Source: Acidimicrobiia bacterium (GTDB lineage Bacteria > Actinomycetota > Acidimicrobiia > IMCC26256 > PALSA-555). From it: a stretch of 64,000 bases of DNA. Position numbers and translations under genes: made by a program. Positions 46,178-55,556 of this stretch are shown here, piece after piece. Within the stretch, counting starts at the first letter, position 1. Each line of letters opens with the position of its first letter. The notes under the pieces are model-generated. The model was not told the DNA's origin, did no database searches, and was given only the letters and a program-made list of their open reading frames with translations. The stretch covers positions 1,252-65,251 of the forward strand of contig DASUAO010000014.1 in the NCBI GenBank assembly GCA_035763745.1, in the 5' to 3' direction.

Positions 46178-46957
46178 GTGGCGAGATTGGCAGGCAAGGT
46201 CGCGATGATCACCGGGGCGGGCAACGGCATGGGTCGTGCCGCGTCGCTCCTCTTCGCGCGGGAAGGGGCCCGGATCGTCGTCGTCGATGCCGCCGAGGAA
46301 TCGGGGATCGAGACGGTCGAGGCGGTGCGCACCGAGGGTGGGGACGCTGCGTTCGTCCGGGCCGACGTGTCGGACGAAGCACAGGTCGAGGCGATGGTCG
46401 CGTTCGCGACCGAGACCTACGGCGCGCTCCACGTGCTCTACAACAACGCGGGGATCTTCCCGGCCGACGACGGTGGGGTCACCGAGACCGCCGTCGCGAC
46501 CTGGGATCGCGTGATGGACGTGAACCTCAAGGGCGTCTGGCTCGGCTGCAAGCACGCCGTGCCGGCGCTCATCGAGTCCGGTGGCGGATCGATCGTCAAC
46601 GTCGCGTCGTTCGTCGCGCTCATGGGGGCGGCGACCCCGCAGATCGCGTACACGGCCAGCAAGGGCGGCGTCCTCGCGATGACCCGCGAGGTCGCGGTGG
46701 AGCAGGCCCGACGTGGGATCCGCGCGAACGCGCTGTGCCCGGGCCCCATCGACACGCCCATGCTCCAGGAGCTCATGAGCGACCCGGAGTGGGCTCGTCG
46801 CCGGCTGGCCCACATCCCCATGGGGCGGCCCGGGCGCGCCGAAGAACTCGCCAAGGCCGCGCTGTTCCTGGCGTCCGACGAGTCCTCGTACATGACGGGC
46901 GCCTCGCTCGTGGTCGACGGGGGCATCACTGCCGCGTACGTAACCCCGGAGGACTGA
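46178..46957 (+). CDS. SDR family oxidoreductase
   Basis: In-frame GTG of track ORF 45797..46957 (TTG at 46187 is an alternative). AMITGAGNGMGRA, YNNAGI, YTASKGGVLAMTR and PGPIDTPM. Confidence 0.85.
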   Translation: MARLAGKVAMITGAGNGMGRAASLLFAREGARIVVVDAAEESGIETVEAVRTEGGDAAFVRADVSDEAQVEAMVAFATETYGALHVLYNNAGIFPADDGGVTETAVATWDRVMDVNLKGVWLGCKHAVPALIESGGGSIVNVASFVALMGAATPQIAYTASKGGVLAMTREVAVEQARRGIRANALCPGPIDTPMLQELMSDPEWARRRLAHIPMGRPGRAEELAKAALFLASDESSYMTGASLVVDGGITAAYVTPED

Positions 46958-46961
46958 GCCG

Positions 46962-48344
46962 ATGCCCGAGACTGCCGCCCCGCTCGGCGTGGAGCAGCTA
47001 CTTGCCCTGATCGCCGACGACGACATCGACACCGTGCTGGTCTGCTTCCCCGACCTCCAGGGTCGGCTCGTCGGCAAACGCGTCACCGGGCACTTCTTCC
47101 GGGACCACGTGCTCGCCGACGGCATCGAGGCATGCAACTACCTGCTCGCGGTGGACGTCGACATGACGCCGCTCCCCGGCTACGAGTACGCGAACTGGGA
47201 GCAGGGCTACGGCGACTTCCTCGCCCGCCCCGACCTCCCGACGCTGCGCGTCGTCCCCTGGCTCGAGAAGACCGCGCTCGTGCTGTGCGACCTCGTCGAC
47301 GAGCACTCGGGCGAGTCGGTCGCAGTGTCTCCCCGTCAGGTCCTGCGTCACCAGATCACGCGTGCCGCCGACGCGGGCTACCTCGTCAACTGCGGTTCCG
47401 AGCTCGAGTTCTACCTGTTCCGCGAGTCCTACGAGGAGGCGCACGCGCTCGGGTACTCGGGGCTCACGTACCACTCGGCGCACATCGAGGACTACCACAT
47501 CCTCCAGACGAGTCGCGACGAGTACCTGATCCGCGCGATCCGCAACGGGATCGACGGCGCGGGGATCGCGGTCGAGTTCTCGAAGGGTGAGGCCGGACGC
47601 GGTCAGCACGAGATCAACCTGCGCTACGCGGACGCCCTGACCATGGCCGACCACCACACGATCTACAAGAACGCCGCCAAGGAGATCGCCGGCTTGCACG
47701 GCCGCGCGCTGACCTTCATGGCCAAGGTCGACATGGCCGAGAGCGGGTCGTCGTGCCACATCCACTCGTCGGTGTGGTCGGCCGACGGGAGCCGCGGCCT
47801 CATGCACGACGACGATGCGCCTGACCACCTGTCGTCGGTGTTCCGCGGATGGATGGGCGGCCAGCTCGCCCATGCGCGCGAGCTCGCGTGGTGCTACGCG
47901 CCGACGGTCAATTCGTACAAGCGGTACCAGCCCGAGTCGTGGGCCCCGACGGCGATCGCGTGGGGCCGCGACAACCGCACCTGCGGATTCCGGGTCGTAG
48001 GAGATTCGCCGAGCACCGCCCGGGTCGAGAACCGGATCCCCGGTGCCGACTGCAACATCTACCTCGCGTTCGCGGCGACCATCGCGGCCGGGCTCGCCGG
48101 GATCGAGTCGGGCATCGACCCGGGCCCCGCGTTCGAGGGGAACGCGTACGCGGCGCCCGACATGGAGCGGATCCCCTGGAACATCGTCGACGCGATCGGT
48201 GCGCTCGAGCAGAGCGACTTGGCCGTCACGGCCTTCGGGCCCGACGTGCATGCCCACCTGGTCAACACCGCTCGTCAGGAGTGGGCGGCGTTCGGACAGG
48301 TCGTCACCGACTGGGAGCGGCGGCGCTGCTTCGAGCAATTCTGA
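46962..48344 (+). CDS. glutamine synthetase family protein (gamma-glutamyl-amine synthetase type, GlnA3/GlnA4/PuuA-like)
   Basis: 460-aa track ORF. GSELEFYLF, KGEAGRGQHEINL, SGSSCHIHSSVW, NSYKRY and ENRIPGADCNIYLA. Confidence 0.85.
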   Translation: MPETAAPLGVEQLLALIADDDIDTVLVCFPDLQGRLVGKRVTGHFFRDHVLADGIEACNYLLAVDVDMTPLPGYEYANWEQGYGDFLARPDLPTLRVVPWLEKTALVLCDLVDEHSGESVAVSPRQVLRHQITRAADAGYLVNCGSELEFYLFRESYEEAHALGYSGLTYHSAHIEDYHILQTSRDEYLIRAIRNGIDGAGIAVEFSKGEAGRGQHEINLRYADALTMADHHTIYKNAAKEIAGLHGRALTFMAKVDMAESGSSCHIHSSVWSADGSRGLMHDDDAPDHLSSVFRGWMGGQLAHARELAWCYAPTVNSYKRYQPESWAPTAIAWGRDNRTCGFRVVGDSPSTARVENRIPGADCNIYLAFAATIAAGLAGIESGIDPGPAFEGNAYAAPDMERIPWNIVDAIGALEQSDLAVTAFGPDVHAHLVNTARQEWAAFGQVVTDWERRRCFEQF

Positions 48345-48345
48345 G

Positions 48346-49104
48346 ATGGCGCGCCCGGTCATCGCCGTCCCGTCCTACCCGCGGCTGCGTGAGGGCAAGA
48401 TCCCCGGCTGGGGGACGCCCGCGTACGCCGTCCCTGCGCTGTACGTGGACGCGATCCGGCGGGCGGGCGGGATCGAGGCGATCGTCATCAGCGAGTCGCT
48501 CGACGAGCTCGCCGAGGAGATCGTCGAGCGCGCCGACGGAGTGCTGCTGCTCGGGGGCGGCGACCTCGACCCGTCGTCGTACGGGCGCGAGCGGGAGGCG
48601 AAGATCGTCGGCGCGAACACCGAGCGGGATGCGGCGGAGCTGACGGTCATCCGTCACGCGCTCGACCGCGGCGTGCCGATCCTGGCCGTGTGCCGCGGTC
48701 ACCAGCTGCTGAACGTCCTGCTCGGCGCCACGCTCGACCAGCACATCAGCGACACGCCGGGCGTCGAGGGCCACGGGGTCCCGTTCGTCGAGGACGGCGC
48801 GCAGCTGAACGACGTCGCCATGGACCCGGGGTCCCGGGTCGCGCGCGCGATGGGTGCCGAGCGGGCGCAGTGCTCGTGCCACCACCACCAAGCGGTGCAC
48901 GCGCCCGGCGAGGGGTTGGTGGTCACCGCCCGCTCGACCGACGGGCTCATCGAGGCGACCGAGCTCGCCGACCCCGGCGGGCCGTGGGTCGTCGGTGTGC
49001 AGTGGCACCCCGAGGACACCGCCGCCACCGATCCCGCCCAGCAAGCCCTCTTCGACGCGTTCGTGACCGAGTCCCTGCGTTCTGGCGTCGAACAGGGGTC
49101 ATGA
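48346..49104 (+). CDS. gamma-glutamyl-GABA hydrolase-like class I amidotransferase (peptidase C26, PuuD-like)
   Basis: In-frame ATG of track ORF 48043..49104, 2 nt after the GS-like stop. LLLGGGDLDPSSYG, ILAVCRGHQLLNV (nucleophile Cys) and GVQWHPE. Confidence 0.85.
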   Translation: MARPVIAVPSYPRLREGKIPGWGTPAYAVPALYVDAIRRAGGIEAIVISESLDELAEEIVERADGVLLLGGGDLDPSSYGREREAKIVGANTERDAAELTVIRHALDRGVPILAVCRGHQLLNVLLGATLDQHISDTPGVEGHGVPFVEDGAQLNDVAMDPGSRVARAMGAERAQCSCHHHQAVHAPGEGLVVTARSTDGLIEATELADPGGPWVVGVQWHPEDTAATDPAQQALFDAFVTESLRSGVEQGS

Positions 49105-49129
49105 GCACACCCCCAGCGACGCCGAAACG

Positions 49130-50683
49130 CTACGAGTAGCGCTCGCGGAGCTCGTGCTTGAGGACCTTGCCGGCAGGGTTGCGCGGCAGCGCGTCGACGA
49201 CCTCGAGCCGCTCGGGGACCTTCTGCTTGGCGAGTCCTTCACCCGTGAGGAAGTCGAACAGCTCCGGGAGCGTCGGCGCCTCGGCGTCCTCGGCGACGAC
49301 GACCACTGCGCACGCGCGCTCCCCCGTCTTCTCGTCCGGCAGGCCGATCACGGCGGCGTCGGCGATCTGCGGGTGCGTGAACAGGAGATCCTCCAGCTCC
49401 TTCGCGGAGATGTTCTCGCCGTGACGAATGATGATGTCCTTCACCCGACCAGTGATGCGGACATGCGAGTCGGCGGGGTCCATGACCCCCAGGTCGCCGG
49501 TGCGGAACCAGCCGTCCCCGTCGAACGCGTCGGCGTCGAGCGACGAGTCGAGATAGCCCTTGCAGATCTGGGGACCCTTGGCCCGGATCTCGCCTTCCTC
49601 GCCGGGACCGGCGACGCTGCCGTCGAGCTTCACGAAGCGCAGCTCGACACCGGGCGTCGGCGCGCCTTCGGTCTCGGCGAGCTGCACGTCGGAGTCACGC
49701 ACCGAGTTCATCGTGAGGATCGGCGCTTCGGTGAGCCCGTAGCCCGAGACCACGCCCACGCCGCCGAGCTCCTCGCGGACCTCGTAGTGCAGCTGCGGTG
49801 GCTTCGGCGCGCCGCCCCCGGGATAGGCGCGCACGTCGGGGAACAACGGCGTGTCGGGCTGCGCCCGCTGCGCGGCGAGGTACGCCATGTGGAACGGCGT
49901 GCCCGCGCCTGCGAGCGTGAGGTCCTCGCGCTGGAGCACCGGGATCGTCGTCTGCGGGACGAACGCCTCGACGAACACACATCGGCATCCGGTGATGAGC
50001 ATCGTGTAGAGCCACCCGATCCCGCCGATATGGGTGAACGGGAACACCATCGCGGCCGTGTCCTCGTCGGTGATCTCGAGTGCCTCGATCATCCCGGTCG
50101 CCGACGCCTTGACGGTGAGGTCGGTGTGCCGCGCGCCCTTCGGGTCCGCCGTCGTGCCGGACGTGTAGAAGATCCAGCGGACGGGCGCGTTCTGCGGCGT
50201 CACCGCGGTCGGCGGCGCGGGCAGGGTCGCCGGGTCCCCCTCGGGAAGCGCCCGGTCGACGATCAGCACTTCGAGGTCGGGACGGTCGCCCGCGATCGCC
50301 CGGGCCTCGTCGCCGAACGCGCGGCCCTTCCAGTCCTCCGGCACGACGAGCAGTCGAGCCCCGGTCTGGGCCGTGATGAACCCCACCTCACGCGTGCCGA
50401 GGATCGGCAGCATCGGGTTCTGGACCGCGCCGAGCCGCGCCAGCGCGGCGACCAGCACCGCGGACTCGAGCCAGGTCGGGAGCATCCACGACACCGGGAC
50501 ATCAGGACCGACGCCCATCGCATGCAGTCCCGCGGCGGCGCGCTCGGCCGCGTCGCGGAACTCCGCGGCGGTCAGCGTGCGACCGTCCTCGTCGATCGCG
50601 AGCATCAGGTCGGGTGAGTGCTCTGCACGCGCGAGGACGAGCTCCCACAGCCCCTGGTGCGCGGTGAACGGGTCCTGGGCCAT
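49130..50683 (-). CDS. AMP-dependent acyl-CoA synthetase/ligase
   Basis: M24 of track ORF 49130..50752 (MAQDPFTAHQGLWELV...). YTSGTTADPKG, GYGLTE, GDLGVMDPADSHVRITGRVKDIIIRHGENIS and LPRNPAGKVLK. Confidence 0.9.
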   Translation of the reverse strand: MAQDPFTAHQGLWELVLARAEHSPDLMLAIDEDGRTLTAAEFRDAAERAAAGLHAMGVGPDVPVSWMLPTWLESAVLVAALARLGAVQNPMLPILGTREVGFITAQTGARLLVVPEDWKGRAFGDEARAIAGDRPDLEVLIVDRALPEGDPATLPAPPTAVTPQNAPVRWIFYTSGTTADPKGARHTDLTVKASATGMIEALEITDEDTAAMVFPFTHIGGIGWLYTMLITGCRCVFVEAFVPQTTIPVLQREDLTLAGAGTPFHMAYLAAQRAQPDTPLFPDVRAYPGGGAPKPPQLHYEVREELGGVGVVSGYGLTEAPILTMNSVRDSDVQLAETEGAPTPGVELRFVKLDGSVAGPGEEGEIRAKGPQICKGYLDSSLDADAFDGDGWFRTGDLGVMDPADSHVRITGRVKDIIIRHGENISAKELEDLLFTHPQIADAAVIGLPDEKTGERACAVVVVAEDAEAPTLPELFDFLTGEGLAKQKVPERLEVVDALPRNPAGKVLKHELRERYS

Positions 50684-50732
50684 CGGAGTGCTCCTGTTCT
50701 CGGGTCGACGTCTCGGTGGTGACAGCGGTCGC

Positions 50733-51512
50733 TCAGCCGCAGGTGATGCCACCGTCCATGCTCACGATGCTCCCGATCATGTACCGGCCGTCCTCGGAGG
50801 CGACGAACGCGATGAGCCCGGCGACCTCCTCGGGCTCGGAGTACCCGATCGGCGAGGTGATGCCGGCGAACTCCTCGGGCTTGGCGCCCTCGGGGAACCC
50901 CCAGGTCGAGATCATCGACGTCTTCATCCCACCGGGAGCGACGGCGTTCACGCGCACGCCCTTCGCCCGGTACTCGACCCCCAATGCCCGGGTGAGGTTG
51001 ACGACTCCACCCTTCGACGCGCAGTAGGCGGCCGAGTAGGGCTGGCCCATGAGTCCAGCGTTCGATGCGACGTTCACGATCACGCCGCCCTCGTCACCCC
51101 GACGGATCTTCCCGGCCCCGGCAGCCCGTTCGAGCAGGTGCGGCAGCACCGCGCGGCACATGAAGAACGTGCCACTGAGGTTCACGCCGATGATGCGGTT
51201 CCAGCTCTCCGGTGACTCTTCCTCGCTCTTGACGAACTTCCCGATGCCGGCGCAGTTCACGAGCACCGACGGCGCGCCGAGCCGCTCGACGACCGACGCC
51301 ACGGCCGCCTCGACGGACCCGAAGTCGCTCACGTCGACGGCGTGCGCGCTCGCGGCGTCGCCGATGCCGGTGGCGGTCTCGGCGGCGGCGGCCTCGTCGA
51401 GGTCGAGCACGGCCACTCGGGCGCCCTCCTCGGCGAGGCGGCGCGCCGTCGCCCGGCCGAGGCCGGAGCCCGCGCCCGTCACGATCGCGACCTGGTCGGT
51501 GAAGCGCGGCAT
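50733..51512 (-). CDS. SDR family oxidoreductase (3-oxoacyl reductase-like)
   Basis: 259-aa track ORF. AIVTGAGSGLGRA, LVNCAGI, YCASKGGVVNLTR and SIVSMDGG. Confidence 0.88.
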   Translation of the reverse strand: MPRFTDQVAIVTGAGSGLGRATARRLAEEGARVAVLDLDEAAAAETATGIGDAASAHAVDVSDFGSVEAAVASVVERLGAPSVLVNCAGIGKFVKSEEESPESWNRIIGVNLSGTFFMCRAVLPHLLERAAGAGKIRRGDEGGVIVNVASNAGLMGQPYSAAYCASKGGVVNLTRALGVEYRAKGVRVNAVAPGGMKTSMISTWGFPEGAKPEEFAGITSPIGYSEPEEVAGLIAFVASEDGRYMIGSIVSMDGGITCG

Positions 51513-51573
51513 TCGTACCCCTCGTGGTGGCTGTGGTCGGCAGCGGTGGGACGCCGACGCTCGACCGGCGAAT

Positions 51574-51588
51574 CTAACTGGCCGTCAG
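51574..51588. promoter_or_regulatory. degenerate copy of the palindrome (CTaACtggcCGTCAG, spacer one nt short)
   Basis: In the divergent SDR/ligase region, about 50 nt upstream of the ligase GTG at 51639. The right half CGTCAG is perfect. The left half has one mismatch and the spacing is N5 between CTAAC and GTCAG instead of N6. Confidence 0.3.
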
Positions 51589-51638
51589 ATCGGGCACCAC
51601 AGCGGGCATCACGCCTCGCACCGGTAGCCTCGGCGGCC

Positions 51639-53165
51639 GTGTCCGGCACAACATCCACCACACGGCTGATCGGCGATCTCCTGCGCGACGCGGCCGCCGC
51701 GCACCCCGACCGGGACGCCTACGTCCGGGCCGACAAGCGGTCGAGCTACGCCTGGCTCGACCGGGCTGTCGACGGGTTCGCCGCGACGCTCCTCGACCGG
51801 GGCGTCGCGCGCGGCGACGTGGTCGTGCTCATGCTCCCGTCGTCGACCAAGTTCGCGGTCTGCTACCTGGGGGCGCTGCGCGTGGGCGCGATCACCTCGG
51901 CGATCAACCTCCGCCTCGGCCCGCGTGAGCAGGCGAGCATCATCGCCCGCACCGAGCCCAAGGTGACGGTCCTCGGCGACGGCGCGACGCTCCCCGAGGC
52001 CGTCGACCCCGGGCAGGTCCTCCCGGTCACCGACCTCAAGGAGGCGTTCGAGGCCGAACCGCCGGCGCGGCTCCCCCACCTCGACCCCACCGACCCGACG
52101 TGCATCGTGTGGACCAGCGGCACCACCGGCGAGCCCAAGGGTGCGGTCTACGACCACGAGCGCCAGGCGGCGATCTCGCGCAACGTCGGCGAGCTCACCA
52201 GCCCCGGCGACCGCCGCCTCGTCGTGCTCCCCTTCCCGCACGTCGGGTACATGACCCGCATGTGGGACGAGCTCGCGCACGCCACCACGATCGTCCTCGG
52301 CCGAGAGCCGTGGTCGGCCGAGGAGACGCTCCGGCTCATCCGCGACGAGGGCATCACCATGGCCACCGGCGTCCCCACGCAGTGGCAGCGGGTCCTCGAC
52401 CACCCCGACGTCGCCGTCACCGACTTCTCGGGCCTGCGCGTCGCGGGGATCGGCGCGTCGACGATCCCTCCCGAGCTGGTGCGTCGGATGCGAGCCACCC
52501 TCGGCTGTCCGGTGATCACGCGCTACACGAGCACGGAGGCCGGGGTCACGACCAGCACCCTCGCCACCGACCCGCCGGACGTGATCGCGCACACGGTCGG
52601 GCGACCGACCGCCGAGGTCGAGCTCCGGATCGTCGATGCCGCGACCACCACCGACCAGCCCAACGGCGAGGTCGGCGAGGTCCTCTCCCGGTCGCCGGCG
52701 ATGATGCGCGGCTACTGGCGCGATCCGGACCTCACCGCGACCGTCATCGACCCCGACGGGTGGCTGCACACCGGCGACCTCGGCTTCATCGACCCCGACG
52801 GCAACCTGCGCCTCGTCGGCCGTCTCAAGGAGATGTACATCCGCGGCGGGTACAACATCTACCCCGCCGAGGTGGAGAAGGTGCTGAGCGAGCACCCCGC
52901 GATCGCGGCGGCGGCGGTCGTCGGTGCGCCCGACGCCGACCTCGGCGAGATCGGCGTGGCGTTCGTGGTTCCGGAGCCCGACGCCGACCGAGGCGACGTC
53001 GAGCTCGCGATCCTGCGAGCCTGGTGCAAGGAGCGACTCACCGACTACAAGGTTCCCGACCGGGTGCTGCTCGTCGACGACCTCCCCACCACCGCGATGC
53101 TGAAGATCGACAAGCGGGCGCTGCTCGACCGAGCGGCGGCCGCCCCGAGCAAGGAGCGAGCGTGA
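51639..53165 (+). CDS. AMP-dependent acyl-CoA synthetase/ligase
   Basis: In-frame GTG of track ORF 51342..53165. WTSGTTGEPKG, YTSTEAG, GDLGFIDPDGNLRLVGRLKEMYIRGGYNIYP and YKVPDRVLLVDDLP. Confidence 0.9.
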   Translation: MSGTTSTTRLIGDLLRDAAAAHPDRDAYVRADKRSSYAWLDRAVDGFAATLLDRGVARGDVVVLMLPSSTKFAVCYLGALRVGAITSAINLRLGPREQASIIARTEPKVTVLGDGATLPEAVDPGQVLPVTDLKEAFEAEPPARLPHLDPTDPTCIVWTSGTTGEPKGAVYDHERQAAISRNVGELTSPGDRRLVVLPFPHVGYMTRMWDELAHATTIVLGREPWSAEETLRLIRDEGITMATGVPTQWQRVLDHPDVAVTDFSGLRVAGIGASTIPPELVRRMRATLGCPVITRYTSTEAGVTTSTLATDPPDVIAHTVGRPTAEVELRIVDAATTTDQPNGEVGEVLSRSPAMMRGYWRDPDLTATVIDPDGWLHTGDLGFIDPDGNLRLVGRLKEMYIRGGYNIYPAEVEKVLSEHPAIAAAAVVGAPDADLGEIGVAFVVPEPDADRGDVELAILRAWCKERLTDYKVPDRVLLVDDLPTTAMLKIDKRALLDRAAAAPSKERA

Positions 53166-53971
53166 AGGCTTCCGAGCTGCGATACCAGACTCCCGACGTG
53201 CCGCGCGACGACCGCCAGATCCGGGTCGGCTCGCTGCTCTTCACCATGGTGGAGCCGCACAAGGGCCACGAGGTCGCCTACAACCGCTGGTACGAGCGCG
53301 ACCACTTCTACGCCGGGTGCATGGTCGGCAAGTGGCAGTTCGCCGGAGCCCGGTACGTCGCGACGCGCGACTGCAAGGCCAAGCGCTACCCCGCCGACTC
53401 CCCCATCGCACCCGACCCGTCGACGGGCTCCTACCTCGCGATCTACTGGGTGCTCGACGGGCATCACGACGAGTGGAACGAGTGGGGCGTCGAGCAGGTG
53501 AACTGGCTGCACGCCAACGACCGGATGTTCGAGACGCGCGACCACATCCACACGGCGCTCTACGAGTACGCAGGTGAGGCGAACGCGCCCGGTTCCTCGA
53601 TGCCCGTGGAGCTCGCGCTCGACCGCGCCTACGGGGGCATCGTCACGCTCGTCGCCGAGACGGCCGACGGCGTGACGGCCGACCAGGTCACCGCCTGGCT
53701 CGACGAGATGCCGTGCCCGGCCGACGTGGCGCTCGTCGGCACCCCGCTGCCGCTGCGCTCGGACCGTCCGGCCGACGTCCCCGACACCCAGGCGCCGAAC
53801 CGGGTGCTCGTGATCGCGTTCGTCGACGGCAACCCGCTCGAGACCTGGGACGCCGACTTCGCCGGCCTCGGCGACTCCTTCCGCGACGCCGGGCTCGGCG
53901 AGATCGTGTTCGCCTCGCCGTTCCTCGCCACCGTCCCGGGCACCGACACCTACACCGACCAGCTCTGGTAG
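53162..53971 (+). CDS. hypothetical protein, apparent tandem alpha+beta-barrel (EthD/DUF4286-like) fold
   Basis: In-frame GTG of track ORF 52100..53971, overlapping the ligase stop (GTGA). LLFTMVEPHKGHEVAYNRWYERDHFYAG shares the x-(F/Y)-N-x-W-Y-(D/E)-x-x-H block with the 117-aa protein at 56604. High GC3. Function unknown. Confidence 0.6.
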   Translation: MKASELRYQTPDVPRDDRQIRVGSLLFTMVEPHKGHEVAYNRWYERDHFYAGCMVGKWQFAGARYVATRDCKAKRYPADSPIAPDPSTGSYLAIYWVLDGHHDEWNEWGVEQVNWLHANDRMFETRDHIHTALYEYAGEANAPGSSMPVELALDRAYGGIVTLVAETADGVTADQVTAWLDEMPCPADVALVGTPLPLRSDRPADVPDTQAPNRVLVIAFVDGNPLETWDADFAGLGDSFRDAGLGEIVFASPFLATVPGTDTYTDQLW

Positions 53972-53991
53972 CCGGGCGTTAGCCTCCGATC

Positions 53992-54831
53992 ATGCGGGTC
54001 GCGCGGTTCGAGCATGGAGGCTCGATCGCGGCCGGCGTCGTCGAGGGCGACGAGGTCGTCGACCTCGGACCGGTCGAACCCATCAGCCTCCTCGTCGACG
54101 GCATCGAAGCGCTCACCGCCCTCGTCGGCGACACCACGGCTCGCCATCCGCTGGCCGACGTCCGGCTCCTCGCACCCGTGGCCAACCCGTCGAAATTCCT
54201 GGCGATCGGCATCAACTACTCGGACCACATCCGAGAGACGGGTCGCGACGCTCCCACCTTCCCGATCTTCTTCAACAAGCAGGTGTCGTGCGTCACCGGC
54301 CCCTACGACCCGATCGTGATCCCACGGGTCTCCTCCGACGTCGACTACGAGGGCGAGCTCGGGATCGTCATCGGCCGCGAGTGTCGGAGCGTGCCCGCCG
54401 AACGTGCACTCGAGCACGTCGCCGGGTTCGTCGTGATCAACGACGTGACCGTGCGCGACTGGCAGTACAAGGCGCCGACCTGGACGCTCGGGAAGTCGTT
54501 CGACACGCACGGTCCCACCGGCCCGTGGATCGTCACCACCGACGAGGTCGGCGATCCCCAGGACCTTCGTCTGCGCACCCTGCTCAACGGTGAGGTCATG
54601 CAGGACGAGTCGACCGCCGAGATGGTGTTCGACTGCGCGACCCAGATCGAGATCCTCTCGACCGCCTGCACCCTGGTGCCCGGCGACCTGATCTCGACCG
54701 GCACCCCGGCCGGCGTCGGGTTCGTCCGAGAGCCGCCCGTGTTCCTCCGGCCCGGCGACGTGGTACGGATCGAGATCGAGCGGGTCGGTGCGATCGAGAA
54801 CCCGGTCGTCGACGCCCCGACGATCGCATGA
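53992..54831 (+). CDS. fumarylacetoacetate hydrolase (FAH) family protein
   Basis: 279-aa track ORF. KFLAIGINYSDH, DYEGELGIVIGR, GKSFDTHGPTGPW and LISTGTPAGVG. Confidence 0.9.
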   Translation: MRVARFEHGGSIAAGVVEGDEVVDLGPVEPISLLVDGIEALTALVGDTTARHPLADVRLLAPVANPSKFLAIGINYSDHIRETGRDAPTFPIFFNKQVSCVTGPYDPIVIPRVSSDVDYEGELGIVIGRECRSVPAERALEHVAGFVVINDVTVRDWQYKAPTWTLGKSFDTHGPTGPWIVTTDEVGDPQDLRLRTLLNGEVMQDESTAEMVFDCATQIEILSTACTLVPGDLISTGTPAGVGFVREPPVFLRPGDVVRIEIERVGAIENPVVDAPTIA

Positions 54832-55190
54832 GCACCGAGAGGCGGCCCCGGCTGCGCGACCTCGGGACCGACCCGGACGTGCGCTTCACCTACGCCAACG
54901 AGCGCACGTTCCTCGCCTGGAGCCGCACGTCGTTGGCGCTCGTGGTCACCGGCATCGCCGCGACCCAGCTCCTCCCGAAGTTCGACATCGAGTTCGGGAG
55001 GCGCCTCATCGGCGTTCCACTCATCGTCCTCGGCGCCGTGCTCGAGGCGGCGAGCTATCGCGCCTGGTACCGGAACGAGCGCGCCATGCGGGTCGGCGAG
55101 CCGCTCCCCTCGTCGCAGATGACGGTGATCCTCGCGATCGGCATCGGCATCATCTCGGTGATCGCGACCGCCGTCGCGATCGCCGGCTGA
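54828..55190 (+). CDS. DUF202 (YidH-like) membrane protein
   Basis: 120-aa track ORF; the ATG overlaps the FAH stop (ATGA). YANERTFLAWSRTSLALVVTGIA is the DUF202 signature as I remember it. Three TM segments. Confidence 0.75.
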   Translation: MSTERRPRLRDLGTDPDVRFTYANERTFLAWSRTSLALVVTGIAATQLLPKFDIEFGRRLIGVPLIVLGAVLEAASYRAWYRNERAMRVGEPLPSSQMTVILAIGIGIISVIATAVAIAG

Positions 55191-55202
55191 GGCGCGGATT
55201 CG

Positions 55203-55547
55203 ATGCCGTTCGATCCGGTCCTCGGAGACGAGGTCCACGAGGAAGGCCCTGGCCTCTACGCGGAACGCACCCGTCTCGCCTGGACCCGCAGCGCGATCGC
55301 GCTCCTGGCCGCGTTCGCGATCCTCGTCCGCCGGGTCTGGACCCGCGGCTACTACCCCCTCGATCCCGTCGCGTTCGCGTTCCTCGGTCTGGCCGCGATC
55401 GGCTGGGGCATCGGGATCTTCGGCTGGCGCCTCGCCCACCGACGGGAGGACGACGTGTCCCCGCGCTCGCCGAGCGAGCTGCTGGCGGTGTCGAGCGGCA
55501 CCCTCGCGGTCGTCGTCGCCGGCCTCGTCGTGACCTTCGCCGGATAG
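55203..55547 (+). CDS. DUF202-domain membrane protein
   Basis: 114-aa track ORF. YAERTRLAWTRSAIALLAAFAIL, followed by two more TM segments. Confidence 0.7.
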   Translation: MPFDPVLGDEVHEEGPGLYAERTRLAWTRSAIALLAAFAILVRRVWTRGYYPLDPVAFAFLGLAAIGWGIGIFGWRLAHRREDDVSPRSPSELLAVSSGTLAVVVAGLVVTFAG

Positions 55548-55556
55548 GTTCGTCCC

